DNA from: Monocercomonoides exilis PA203
Lineage: Eukaryota; Protista; Preaxostyla
NCBI GenBank assembly: GCA_001643675.2
Contig: LSRY02000035.1
Coordinates: forward strand, 744,001-808,000
DNA length: 64,000 bases
Direction of reading: 5' to 3'
Below the pieces are notes generated by a model. It ran no database searches, was not told the DNA's origin, and was given only the letters and a program-made list of their open reading frames with translations. Shown here in pieces: positions 20,129 through 34,100 of the stretch (position 1 is the first letter of the stretch; every line of letters starts with the position of its first letter). The translations under genes were made by a program, and so were the position numbers.

Positions 20129-23100
20129 ATGGATGAAAATGAATTATTCAGAGTCGAGCTGCTAAAAGAAATTAATGATAACGATTCATTTTTAAGATTT
20201 AATGCTGTTTCAAGAATTTCCACGATTGCTCAACATATTGGTCCAAAGTCCACTTTAAATCATCTCCTTCCAGAACTACAAAGTGTGACATTTATTAAAT
20301 TCAGATTTATTACTCAAATTTTTAATTGAAATAATTCCTTCCTTCCTTTTTTAATAATCTTGGGATAGAACTTTACTTTGATGAAGATAAAATTCTTTTT
20401 GCTCTTGCTGAAGAACTTGGAAAACTTGGTGAATATGTTGGCGGGAAAGATAAAATTTCTCTTATTTTTCCGTATTTAGAACCCCTCTGCACAGTTGAGG
20501 ATTTGGATGTCTGTGAAAGGGTTTGCTTTTGCAGTATTTGCATAAATCTTTTAAATTAGCTTTTTTAATAAAAGGCTTGCACATCATTAAACGCATTAAT
20601 TTCAAACTGTGAGGATTCTCATACAGAAGAAGATTTTCGCTCTTTGATCAAGAGATTGGCGAGATCTCATTATTACACTGCTCGTTCATCATCAACGTTT
20701 TTAATACCAACAGCATTTAAGCTATTTACATATGGAAAATCGGAACTAGTCAGGTGCTGTCATACAAATGATTAAATCGTTTCATTCTGCCTATTATTTT
20801 GATTTGAAAATGTTTTTTTTGATTCAGAATGTTTGAACACTTATGTAGAGATGAGGTACCTGAGGTGCGAAAATCAGCTTCAAAAAACATTCAGGTCTGA
20901 AAATTGTAATTATGTTGATTGTTTTTTGATGCTAATTCTATAAATAATTTGTTGCCCATTCAAAAATTATTATTATGAAATAAAAATATTTTTTGATTGT
21001 TTATTTAATTGCGATATGGAATTCAAGTCTTTAATCTTCAGCTTTTTCCCAACATCTTCAGATGTGATATCGATCATCTCCACATCATCGCCCTCATCGC
21101 AGCTGCCTTTGTCCAACATCCCATCAGCCATCTTCTCCAGCGGTTCTGCTGTCGATTCCAGCTATTTCTCTGCGGTGATGAAGTGCTTGCTCATTAGCAG
21201 CGATGATTTGTACCCAGCCATGCGCTTCCACGCGTGCGGGGTGATGATATCTCTGTTTCTGCTTCTTCGGAAGGAGGAGGAGGAGACAGAAGACAAAGAG
21301 AGAAGAGACAGAAGAGAGGAGAAGACGCACCACCCGACCTTCAGCCCCTGCAGCACAGCCACTGGGGTAAGCACCTCCAGCAGCGCCACAAGCAGAAGCC
21401 GGAGCGAAAAGGACGACGAGAGCGCTTCGAAGGCGAAGGCAGCGTTTGCAAAGGAAGGAGCACGGAGAGAGTCTGTGTACAGCGCAAATTCGGCATCGAC
21501 TCTGTCATCGGGATCTTCCTCTTCGGCACCTTCGCTTCACTCAAACAATGCTTTTATGCCATCATCATCATCATCTGCTGCTTCTTCTTCTTCTGCTTCT
21601 TCTTCATTTGACATCGAAGTTCCGCCATTGTCTCCTTCTTCTCCGCTCTCTTTTGGGCAGATGGCTGCTCCAACTCATCAGCAATCATCCAATTCATCTG
21701 CTTCTTCTTCTTCTGCTTCTGCTTTTTTGACTTCTTCCACTTCTTCCACTTCTTCCACTTCGATGTTGGCATCTTCTGCGTCTGCTTCCCTTTTGCCATC
21801 AGCCTCTTCGTCGATTGGGCTTTCTCCAACAGACTCTTCCAATTCATCTGCACATGTGCCTTCGTCTGCTAACTCTTCTTCTTCTTCTTCTTCTTCTTCT
21901 TATGCCTCTTCTTCTGTCTCTTCCATCTCATCTGCTTCATCCACCTCACAACCACAACCTCAATTCCCTGCCTTATCTTCATCATCATCATCATCCACTC
22001 CTCCTCCTTCTCTTCCTTCTTCACTTCCTCCCTCCTCCCATCCATCAGACACACACAACAGCCTCTCTCTTCTGCCTTCTTCCTCTTCCATCCTCCAACA
22101 CATCATCCACTTCGGTAGCGATGACTCGTGGCGCGTCCGCTTTCGTGTGTGCGAGGGAATTGAGCAGATTCTGCCCTTCTGCTCTTCTGACGAGCTGATC
22201 ACGCATATATTCCCTCTTTACGCAAAGATGATGAAGGTTTGATATTTTTTTTTCTTATTTGTGTTTGATGCATAGATTATTTTGAATTTCTTTTTATTTA
22301 TTTATTTATTTATTTTTTATCACATATTTATTATCATTCGTCATTCTTTCACAGGACCCAGAGGAAGAAATACGCTGTCTGGCAGTGACTCTTCTTCCCC
22401 AATTAGTCCGCCTCTTCTCCATTCAGTTTTTTTATGCAAATTTCTTACCACTCATCACTGCCATTATTACAGACACTTCATCATATCTTCCTCAATCTTC
22501 TATTTCAACAGCCAATTCATCATCATCATCTTCCTCCTCTTCTTCCTCGTCTTCTTCTTCTCTGCAACAGAAACAGCATCCTTCTTCTTCCCTCTCCTCT
22601 TCCTCTGTTCGCGAGGCACTTGCTCTTTCTCTGCCAGCGCTGGCACCGTATTTTGCAGCCAACCAAGCCATCGACACGATCTATGCGATATTCATGGCCC
22701 TTCTCTTTCCATACGATGGAAACGGATTGTATTCAGTTCACTCCAATCTGAACACAAATAGAAACATTTCTTCTTCTTCTTCTTCTTCTTCTTCTTCTGT
22801 TGGATCAGCTGCTTCTGCTTCGTTGTCTCCTGTTCAAACACCTTCCTCTTCCTCTTCTTCTTCCTCCTCTTTCATGTCAACTCCAATCAGCACTTCTCTT
22901 TTGTCTGCCTCATCTCCTTCTCCTTCTCCTTCCTCTTCTTCTTCTTCCTCCTCCTCCTCTTCTTCAATTGAAGATTCTCAACGTAATCTTCAATCTTCCA
23001 GCAACAGAAACACAAACTCTTCTACCAACCAATCATCCAACACTTATCAGTCTTCATCCACTCCTTCATCTTCTTTCAGCGCTGGTTCATCGACTTCTCC

Positions 23101-23998
23101 AATCGAATATTTGGCTTCTGCTTCTGCTTCTTCTGTTTTACCTCAGTCTCAGTCTCAATCTCAATCTTCTTCATTCAATCAACCAAATTCATCATCATCA
23201 TCATCTTCTTCTTCTTCTTCCTCTTATTCATCATCATCCACTCCATCCATTTCTTCATATCCAGTCGTTGAGAGCTCTCTTTTCTCTGCTGCTGCTTCTC
23301 TCCCTCCATCCGCAAAGGAGAACGAAGACACTGCCAATGTTCGAATAGCACTTCTGATGCCTCAGTGCTTATCTGCATTGGCCGTGAATGTTGGAGTCCC
23401 CCTCTTCCTGCAGCGCTTCCTCCCTCCCATCCTCTCCTTAACACAGGCGTCGTCTCCACTGGCAGCTGCCTCTGCTGCTTCGCACTGGCGCATCCGGCGC
23501 TGCCTGACGCAGCTGGTACCTTTGATTGTGCATCTGGTGGGGACAGAGTTTGTTGATGAGCGAGTCACTGCATACTCCCTCGCCTGGCTGGCAGACAGGG
23601 TGTTCGAGGTGAGAGAGGCTGCAGTCGCTGCCTTGTTTGAGCTGACAGAGCTGATGGGTTCAGAGTGGGTGCGGATGTCGGTGCTGCCGAGGATCACAGC
23701 GATGGCGAAGGAGCGCAGCTTTGTCTTCAGAATCACAGCTCTGAGGGTGCTTTCCTCGCTGTGCTGTACTGTCTCGTCGGATATGATAGACAATCTGTTT
23801 GTGCCGATTGTGGTGGAGATGTCGAAGGACCCTGTGCCGAATGTCAGAATTGTCGTTGCACAGACGCTGCATCAGATGCAGTTGTATGCGGACTCATCGG
23901 CAATCAAGACGAAGATTGCCAGGCCGCTCGACGACTTGATCAACGACGATGACCCGGATGTGAAGTATTTTGCGGAGCAAGCGCTGAATGATGATTGA
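20129..23998 (+). CDS. PPP2R1A: Protein phosphatase 2A scaffold subunit A (HEAT repeats), multi-exon, with large Ser-rich insertions
   Basis: RFNAVSRISTIA, DEDKILFALAEELG, DDSWRVR, WRIR, WLADRVFEVREAA, DPVPNVR, DDDPDVKYFA. GT-AG introns at about 20282-20368, 20521-20574, 20754-20828, 20895-21027 and 22237-22354. Confidence 0.92.
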
Positions 23999-24623
23999 AA
24001 GTGTTTATTTGTTTTATTTTTTTAATTGAAAGTTTTTAAAAGATGTAATTACTTATGAAGGGATTTGAATTCCTTTTAATGAAACGAAATTATTTCAATT
24101 GAACAAAATTTAACGTTATTTCGTGTACAATAATTCGCACGAAAAATAATTAACTTTTATCCATTTTTCAATCCAATTCATTTGTAATTTTTGAGAAAAC
24201 ACAAACACACAATAAACACATTGAACCGTGATTTTAGAGAGCAGAAATCTTATTTGTTACAATTTCAACTCTGAAAAAGTTATTCATTTTTAATTTTAAT
24301 ATCTGTTTTTTGGAATTGTGAAGCATTTATGCTTGTTCCATAATCGCTTTCTATAGAAACACACGAAAGAAACAATTGAGATTAATTATTTCTTATTATT
24401 TCAAGTATTTTTCACATTTAATTGAATTACAACAGATATAAGGTTAATTATTATTATATCTTCTGAATTTCAAATATTTTGTTACCAAGATAGACCAAAC
24501 AAATCGTTAGAAAAGGAATTTTGGATAACAATCTTTTTATTCAATAAAGCATCAAATTAGCTTATCCAAAAATTGATCTCAACCGCATTTTTATTTGATC
24601 ATTTTGTTTTAACTTGTTTTTAC

Positions 24624-25106
24624 ATGTCTGATGAGAAAAATAAAAAGATAGACGAAGAATTGGATGATGAATGCGAGGAATCTTATTATTGTATTGCAGA
24701 TTTTTCTCTTGAGGAAAAACCAGAGCTCAGCGAACTTCTTTTAGATGCACCTTCATTTCAGCTTCTTGTTTGAGTTATTTGATATAAATTTCGTTTTCTA
24801 GTTTAATTACAATTATATTTTATGATTTTGAAAGGGTATAGAAAGTGATAATCCAATTATTCGGTTTGTTTTGTTTCAAAATACATATTAATAATTTATT
24901 TTTTATTTTACGAGGTTAGAGTTGGCGGAAAAGCATTTATGGGAACGCACGACAAAGCAATTGGCACTAATTTGATTTTTGAAGTTAAAGATGAGACTTC
25001 ATCACAAGAAAAAAAAGAAATAAATTATTTTGGGAAAGGAGAAAATGTCCTTTCTCTTAAACCGATTCAGATTGATCCAGAAGCCTTGGCGCAGCCAACA
25101 AGATGA
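24624..25106 (+). CDS. TFIIIC subunit 6-like (TFIIIC_sub6 domain) small protein, 3 exons
   Basis: Spliced product ...FQLL|GIESDNPIIR|VGGKAFMGTHDKAIGTNLIFE... fits the pattern LGLDTxNPxLxxxxxxFxGxxxxxxGTxLxF. Introns at about 24768-24834 and 24864-24919. Confidence 0.7.
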
Positions 25107-25198
25107 ATTCTTTGATTTTTTTTCTTTATGTGAAATGATAACTTTTATTTTGAAAATTTGGCAATTCCTATATCATATTTCAAATATTAAAATTGCTC

Positions 25199-28100
25199 CT
25201 ATTCATTTTTCGATTTTGAATAGATTTGCTTTTGTTTCAAAATTCTGTCGATAAAGCTTGTCACGTTTACAGAATTCACACACGACTCCTTCATGCTCGT
25301 TGGGATTATATCAGACGAGTTTCGTTTAATTTGCATGTAGATGCTTCGTGATTCAGGAAGATATTGGACAGAATAAACTGATTCAAGAGGAACTGACCAC
25401 TCCTGATAAACCCTATCTCTCCACCATCCGCTGATTGTTAAGCAAAACAATCGATGGGTCGTTAGCATTAGCACTCTGTCTTTTCCCATTATATCCGACA
25501 CCCCAATCTTCATCCACATTATCACATCTTCGCAGCATTCCACTCTTCCAACTCTGCCCAGCCACACACCTCCCATTGATGCCCACCAATCGTACACTCC
25601 AACAGGCGCATGCCAGCCAACGAGGCGTGGAGGCCGAACACGCACACCGGCCATTCCCCGCTCTTCGCTTGCCTTGCTTCCAACTGCACCTTCAATCACT
25701 TTCGCTGTCATCGACACAACTCCAACGACTGGCTTCACCACCAATCCTGCAAGTCCTTGACCAACTCCCTTCACAAGGCCACTGATCCCATTTTTTTGTG
25801 CTTCATCCATTGGCCGGCTGACGATTCCGCTAACACCATCGGCTATGCCCTTTGTCAAAGCGCCAAATCCCTGTGAAAGTCCTTCGCCTAAATGCTAAAA
25901 TAAAATAAGTTCAAAAAATAAAAGTTAAATTTGGAGTGAAAAAAGAAATTGAGCAAACTTGAGGTTTTTCTGCCATCATTCTTGATTGCTGTTTCTGATA
26001 TTTTGTATCAAATGAAAGATAAGTAAGACTTTTTGAAACAGAACTTGCCATCTTCTTAAAAGAACTGAAAATTGAAGATGTGTTTTTCCTCATAGCAGCG
26101 GGAAGGCCCTTTGCACCATTTGGATTTCTGAACTTCATCCCTGCTCCTCTCCTGTCAAAGCTACTTGGATCTCCTTCAACTTTAATAATTCCTCTTCTGG
26201 GCTCGTAGAAGACATCAACAATGCTGTCTCCATCCACTCCATCCATCCCATTCCCTCCTCCAATGTTGATTCCATCTGCACTCGATGAGCCTTCGTCTCT
26301 TCTCGAAAACTTTGGTGTGGTGATTCCTTCTCCTTCAACTTCCCATCCAAACAGATTGTAATATTCTTCTTTGAAACGAGCGCTGTAGCATGTAGAGAGA
26401 GTGGACAGCAATCCGCTTGTGCTTCCGTGGAGGTTCTGAACAATGAATGAATTGATTGCAAATGGCTTTCTGTCAAAGGCAGCGACGAGAGATGTTAGGA
26501 ATGACATCAATCTTGTGTTGAGATATTCTTTCATCTGAGAAAGCACCCATCCGAACGTGGTGTCGTTAACTGGGTCAAAAGTGAAGTTGACAAGGCTTGA
26601 TGATGAAATTGCTGAAAATGGAGATATTTCTGAAGGAGACGTCGATGTGATTGCATCGGTTGAGGTACGATCTTTATCTCCAACTGTGCCAGTTATCGTG
26701 AATGTGAGGAACAGAAGAATTGGCTGGAGGCAAAAGAAGGAGCAAACTATTCTTTGTTGTTTGCTCATTGGCTCAGCGAGAATTCCCTCGGGCACTTGAA
26801 TTGGAGAGCTGATGGATAACATTGATGCTGATGAGACAGCAGGAGAAAGAAAGAATGAATCATATTTTGAATTTCCAACTCTATAACTTGAAAGAACTGA
26901 TATTTGATGCTTAATGCCCATCATCAGAACCTCAATCTCATAGAAGTACTCAAATATATCAAATAGAAATGATTCATCTGCTTTGATATCAACAGCCTGC
27001 ATGAGAAAGAGAATAGAATTGAAGAACATAACTTGAGGATCCTGAGTCATATCTCTGATTGTCGAAAAAATCAACAGAGGCTTTCTTCGCTTCTCGCTGT
27101 AAGTTTGATGCATTCGAGATGAAGAATATGAAATTTGTGAATAAGATGAATCATCATAGAAGTTTCCACTCTCACAGCTAACCATCGCAAAATCATCATC
27201 TGCTGTTATTTTGTCTCTTTGTATTTTTTGCGTTCGATGAGCGCTTCCATTCCCTCCGCCGAAGCCTTCTCCCCATCCACTGCTCATTTGCTCTGAATGC
27301 CCGTCATACTCATTCAACCCTTCATCATGTTCCTCTTCTCTTCTTCCATCTATTCCACCACTTCCACTACTACCAACACTTCCATTGTCAAAGCTGTCAT
27401 CGCTTCCCTTTCCATCCAGCCCGCCATTCACTGCCCTTTCAATAGCAACAGGATAAAGCGCATTAATGGCTGAGTTGTCCATCTGCATTGATGCCACGCG
27501 AAATTCAGTTCTTTGGAGAAATGCATCTTCACTCAACACAAAAGAAATTCGTTGCATCGACAAGTAAAACACTTCCCTTGGACGGCGAGTTGGAAGCGGT
27601 GGCTGAAGAAACGATAGACCCAATCCTCTTAACTGCACAGCAAATTGCATGTGATGCTCCACTGGACGACGATAAAGTTGAGAAAAGAGATGACTTGGAC
27701 CTGAAGATAAAAGAAGTGAAGCAGTGTTCGAGAGGGTTGAATGAGGATGTGTGTATGAATCCGAATAATAAGAATATGGATATCGCGAGCGGAGGACACT
27801 TGATGACACAGGATTTGTTGAGATGCTGCTGTAATCTTCAAATGCTGAATCAGGAGGAGGAGATGAAACATCAGATTCATCAAGAAATGCCCAGTCTGAG
27901 TCATCTTTGCTCAGCTGCTCATTGATGATATTATCTTTTTTACTGAATTTTGAGAAATTTCTTTCATTGAACTCGTTTCCATCGATTTTAGGTATGTCTT
28001 CATTATTTCTTGAAGTGCTTTTATCAAGTGTAAAGTTTTCATCTTCATCTTCCTTTTCTATCTTTTCTTCTCTCAACTCTTCATGTGGAGTCATTGCATC

Positions 28101-31100
28101 ATCGTTATTTCCTCTTATTCTCTTTTCCATAATAATTCTGTGAATCAGCCCACCTTTCTCGTTAATCATCAGCGGATGTGAGCTGATGTGGACAAACCTT
28201 CCTGTGACAAGTGTGTAGCACGAAACAAACACTTCCATCGTTTTGGGTGCTGTTGGAGAGAAAGAAAATCGAAGTCTGGTCGTTTGGACTGAATGAGGAT
28301 TCACATTGAATTGATTGGATTCGTCTTTTGATTGAGCAGATTGGCCAAATGAATGGGTGCTTCCTTGTGATTGGATGCTTTGAGGAGAAGGGCTGAACGA
28401 TAAAAGAATATGTTTCGATCGAGTGAGATCAAACCAGCCAAACGGAACTTCGCAGCAAGGAGGCACCCGAAGAGCAGTTTTTTCGACATCCTCTTGCTTT
28501 ACATTGACTGCATATTCTGTCTCATTCACAAGCCACTCTCCAACATCTTCTTCCTCAGGACAAGACACACTTACAAAGACAGATCCTTCACCAACAGCTC
28601 CCTTTTGTTCAACGCGTGCCACAGTTACACAACAAAGGAGAGGTGTGCGAGGGAATTCAGGATCTGGAAGAAGGATCCAATGCTGTCCTGAACTGTTCAT
28701 GTTTGCAGCACCTGACCAGAGATAGGTTGAAGTCGAAGATGATGAAGATGTTGCACGTTGAGGAGAAAGAGAAAACTGAATGAGAGCGTTGCGCGAGGAA
28801 GTGACGTTGGAAACACCAACAGAAGAAGATGACGATGATGAAGATGAGCCCATTGAAGAATTCGAAACGCTGTTCGTTCTGATAAAAGGAATGGGAACAG
28901 GAGAGAATGAAGGGACAGCAATCACAGGTGGTAGAAACGGAAGTCCGAAAGGCGCTGAGCGCGAAGGATCAACAAACTGTCTTACGAAAAGTGTTCTGTT
29001 TCTGATTCTGTTGAAAAGATTGTATCGAACAGAAATGTTGACAACACGTGAAAGAAGAAACGGGGCTGGAGCTTGATTGACAGTGACGATAGCATCACAG
29101 GCAGAAGTAGGAGAAGAGAGTGTGACAGCTGTTATGTTGAGATAGGAATCCAAGTGGATTGGAATTCGAGAAGCAGAGCTGCCAAAATGAGGCACAAGAA
29201 CTTGATTGGACGAAGAGCCACTCATAAATACAGGAGATACAGAAGAGGCGAATGAAACAGAAGAAGCATAAGAAGCGACACTCGAAAGAGAAGGAGAAGG
29301 AGAACGCGGAATGAATGGAATGGCAATTGGAGGAGGAGTCAGTGTGGAGGAAGGCGAAGAGGAAGATGAATCAAATGCGATGTGCTTGATACGAACAGGC
29401 TGAAGTGGAGTGGTTTGTTTGAGAGGCTGTTGAGTTGACTGAGAAAGAGGAGAAGAAGAAGATGCATCGACTGAAGTGGAAGGAGTGTCTGAAGGAGTAA
29501 CACTATTGCTCTGCGATGAGAGTGATTGCTCATTTTCAGCTGAAGTTTGATCAGAATCAGAAGGAATTTCAGAAGAAGAGGCAGAAGAAGGATAACCAGA
29601 TGGTTGAGATGAAGATGGAACAAGCGAAGTGAATTCAAAAGCAGATGACGCGCGGAATGGAGTTGGAGATGAAGGAGGAGTCTGAACCAAAGAAGAAGAA
29701 GAAGAAGAGGGAGGAGAAGGAGAGGAGAAGGAGGAGGAAGATGTTGAGACTTGATTTTCCGACGAAGTGTTTGATGGAATGGTGCATAACTGAGAGACTG
29801 AAGAAGGAGATATAGAATTGCTCAGATTATTTGATGAGTTGATACGAGAAACTGAAGGAGAGAGAACAGAAGGCGATGCAAACACGGAGTTACCAGCAGA
29901 AGAAAATGAATGCGAATAGTTCAGAGGCATTTCGTCAGGTAAAAGAGGTGTTTGTGAAGAAATCGTTGAAAGAGAAGAAGGAAGCGAAGAAGAAGGAGAG
30001 GAAGATGAACACTCAGCAGAAGACAATGAAGAAGGTGTGCGTGCAGGAACCAACGGAACAATCGCCATTTTCATCAGCCCAGCCGCTGGCAATGATGCTG
30101 CAGCAGAAGCTGATGTTGTGTCGTCGATTTTCACATTTGAAGGATGGTTCGGCGGAAAAGAGAAGAAAGCAGGAAATGGTTGTGAATGAAAAGGAGACAA
30201 AGAGGTATTGCCTGCAAATTGAATGTGTTGTGAATCCGAATTTGTGATTGAGGAGATGTGAGAGAAAGGAGTATATTGAGATTGCTGCGAGGAAGAAGAA
30301 GAAGAAGAAGAAGAAGAAGATGAAGAAATTAGAGAAGAATTGCCAGTCTTTGAACCAGTTGCATGTTGCTGTTCTTTTTGTCTCTCGTGCAGCAATTTTG
30401 AGTCAAAGTCGATAAAAGCGAGTGGAATTGGAGTTCTGTTAAACACCAAAAATGGTACAAACAAAGTCAAAATGCACATTCCCTTTCGTTGGATGCTTCT
30501 CCAATGGATTGCAATGTGGCTTCTGTTTGTTGAAAATACTTCGCCTTCTCTTGTTTTGCCTGCTGAGGTTTCAGAGGCATGTTTGGGTGGATGGAAGAAC
30601 ACAGCTTCTGTTGTGCCCATCCACGAAGAAGGCAAAGAAGAAGAGGAAGAAGAAGACAATGTAGTGGATGAAGGAGCAAGAGGTGGTGTGAATGCAGAAG
30701 GAAGAGGAGAAACAGATGATTGGATGAGCGGCGAAGAAGGAGTGAAAGAGGGAGCAGATGTTTGCTGCTGGCTGGACTGTGAAGAAGGAAGGAAAAGCGA
30801 GAAAAGAAGTGTGGATGTGATGGGAACATGAAAGAAAGCAGCAACTCTGCCGTATGAAACGAAAGTTTGAAGTGAATCAAAAGAAGAAGAAGAAGAAATG
30901 TTTGATTGAGTTGATGTCTTTTTGACTGCTAAACCGGAAGAAGAAGAAGAAGAAGTGATGGAGGAATAAGAGGAAGAAGAAGGCTGTGAAATGGAAAGAC
31001 CAACAGAAAGAGGAAGTTTATTCTGCACAATTATTGGCGGATTGATGCAAACAGCCAAAATATGAGTTGTTCTCGTTGCAAAAGAAGCCATTGATCGCAT

Positions 31101-34100
31101 TCTTGACTGAGGCAGAAGAGAAAGAGAAGGAGCAGATGAGGAAGAGATTGGAGAAGAAGGAAGTGAGAACAACCTGTCTGTGTTGTATGTTGAGAGATCA
31201 TCATCACTCAAGTCATCTTCGCTGTCTTCTGTTGAGGAAGTGCTGCTTTCACCATCTTGTTTGTCCGTCGAGCTGCAGCTTGATTGATCTGAATCACTAT
31301 CTCTTTTCTCTTTTTCATTTATGTCTGAATTTTGAGACTCAGAAAGAGGTGACGGAGATTCATTAGTTGATTGCTCTTGCTCAATTTTTCTGTTTTTCTT
31401 TTTCTTTATGTATCGTTTTGTGGTTGAAGTGATATGCGAAGATGCAAATCTCACATTTGAAGATTCAATCACAGACACACAAGCAGAAAGGCTAATTGGA
31501 GGAGGTGCTTTTCTTTTATTATTTGGTTTAAAATGGAATTTGTTTGATTCACTCAAATAAAATGATTGATTAATATGTTGAGATGGAGAGGAAAACGAAG
31601 AGGATGAAGGTGAAATTGCATTTTTTGAAGAGGAAATTGAAGATGAAGAGATTTCACTCGTTTCGCAATCACTTTCTTTTTCAGTGAAATCGTTGGTTGC
31701 ATAGGCAGAAATGGGGAATGTCATATTCTCTCTCATTGAAGACAGAACAAAAGGCCTGCTGTTCGGAGACCAGGAATTGAATGAAGAGAATCCTTCTTTC
31801 TTTGAACCTGAAAGCGGAAGAACTGTTGCAAGGTAGTTAGTCATGTGGATTGGAACATGCAGAAATGAATGAGGTGGAAGACGAAAGAGAGAAGAAGTGG
31901 TGCGAGTCGGGAAAGTGAAGAGAACAGATGTTGAATCGGGAGAAGAATCAGAGAAAGAAGTTGAATCTTGTATTTTTTGAGTGTAACTTTGCTCTGATGG
32001 AGGAGGAGGAGACAGAACAACCTCCAGTGGAATTGGTGTGTTGTTGTGGATGCACATTGGAGAGCTGAGAAGTAATATCCTGCGGCCAAATTCGAAAAAG
32101 CACTCAGAACGAACAACTTGCTGAGACGAGTATATTGTTTTTGTGCTATTGGAAGTTGTTCCATTGCTTCGACTTTGAAAACTGTCTGTCTCATTCATTT
32201 CATTGAATGTTGTTGAAGCATTTAAAAAGTACAGAGTAAGTGGAATAAGTTTTGGAGAGGTAACGTCGAAGTCAAATAAAACAGGATATTCAGCTCCATC
32301 GAATCGAATCAATACGACTGATTGTCCTTCTTTTGGGGGCTTTGACGAAATGGAAGTGGAAGAAAATGAAGAAGATGAAGATGAACTTTTCTGAGATGAT
32401 TTCTTTTTACCTCTTTTGTTGATACGATAACGACTCGATAACTCAACTCCATCTTCACTGTCAACATCATCCGATTCATCATCAAAAGAAGGATAATTGG
32501 AGCTATAACTGCTCAATACATCGTTAATTTTTCCGTCATCTTCTGTTCTGCCCACAATTCTATTTGATCCTTTAAATCTCTCATTCTTCAGCCATTGATG
32601 TCTGGCTGTGTGGACAATTATTGGGAATTCTGAGTCAGGTGGAACATCCAGCGACGAATTGCTGTATTGATGTAGAAGATGAAGTGTGAGGCCAGTGTGA
32701 TTGCGAAGGACAAATGCTGATTTGTGAGAGAGGAATTGAGATGAATGAGAAGGATGAGACATTGAAGACGAAACACTTCCAGGTAAGTTCGATGAGTCGT
32801 ATGAACTGAATGAAGGCGATTGAGTCATAACGGGAAAAAAAGATGAAGAGCTATTGAGTTTATAATTAGGACTTGAAGATGTTGAATAACTGTCAGATGA
32901 ATTAAGAACATTCCAGTCGAAACAATTAACCTCTTTAGAAGAGCTGTATCCATAACACTCTGAACTCAAAGAAGGAAGTTCCCGTAAAATGGATCGAATT
33001 GAGATTTTGGAATCATTCGGTTGGTGCCTTTGTTGTGTCTCTTTCCCACCAATGAAAGGCATTCCTTCGTTAAATTCCATATTGTTATTCAAATTACTAT
33101 TATCATGATTGAATTTTTTCTTATTTGCTTTTCTATTTCTTTTCTTCTGTTCTTTTCTATTTCCACCAACAATTCCAGAATCAGCCAGCATCACAGCTCC
33201 TATTGAAGACACACCATCCATTTGATCTCTCGAAATATTCACATTCAAAATTGAGTCAGATTTCAAAGAACATTTCAAAGAGGGGAGAAAAGAAGGATAG
33301 CAGAGGAAAAGAACAGACGATGGCTCCAAAAAGTGCTCAAGACAGTTCAGGCGAGAATTGTAGAGGAAAAGTGAAAGAGAAGATAAGTTCAATGTTGATG
33401 AGACCTTCACAACATGCCCAGGAACAAGTGGAGAAGAGAATGAAGAGAATAGCGAAACGATCGCAGATGAAAAAGAATCCAGTGGAGAGTGAACATGAAG
33501 ACGATGCTTGAGAAGCGATGAAGTTGATACAGAAGAAGCTGATTGAGGAGTTTGGACTGAAAGAGGAGTGACAGAATGAGAAAGATCGCTCAAAGACGAA
33601 GTCTGAGAAGATTTTTGAGTATTTTCATGTGTTGTCCTTTCTTTATGAGTCAAACTTAAAGAACGATCAGTACCACCACCAAGTGATTTAAATATGCTGC
33701 TCTTAGCTTTCCCTTTCAGCATTACATCGTTATGTGCTGTATGCCACAGAGAAGACGAAAGCAGAGCGATTCGCAATGAATCACACTCCATTTTAAATAA
33801 AGGTGGTGAAAAGCCTTCGTTAATATCAGCAGCAAATACAATGCTAACAGGAGTTGTGAGAGTGAAAGAGAAAGCTAAAAACACAAGTGAGCGAACAGAT
33901 GATGAAGAAATGGGTCTCAATTTGCCATTCACATCATAATCAGCGTTGGTTGAAGAAGGTGGAGCAGGAGGAAGATTCTGTCTTGATGATGATGATGATA
34001 ATGAAGAGGAGAAAGGTGGAGAAGGAGAAGGAGAAAGAGAAGAATATGCTGAAGCATAAGATGATTCAACAGATGAATTTGACAACGAAAAAGCGACTGA

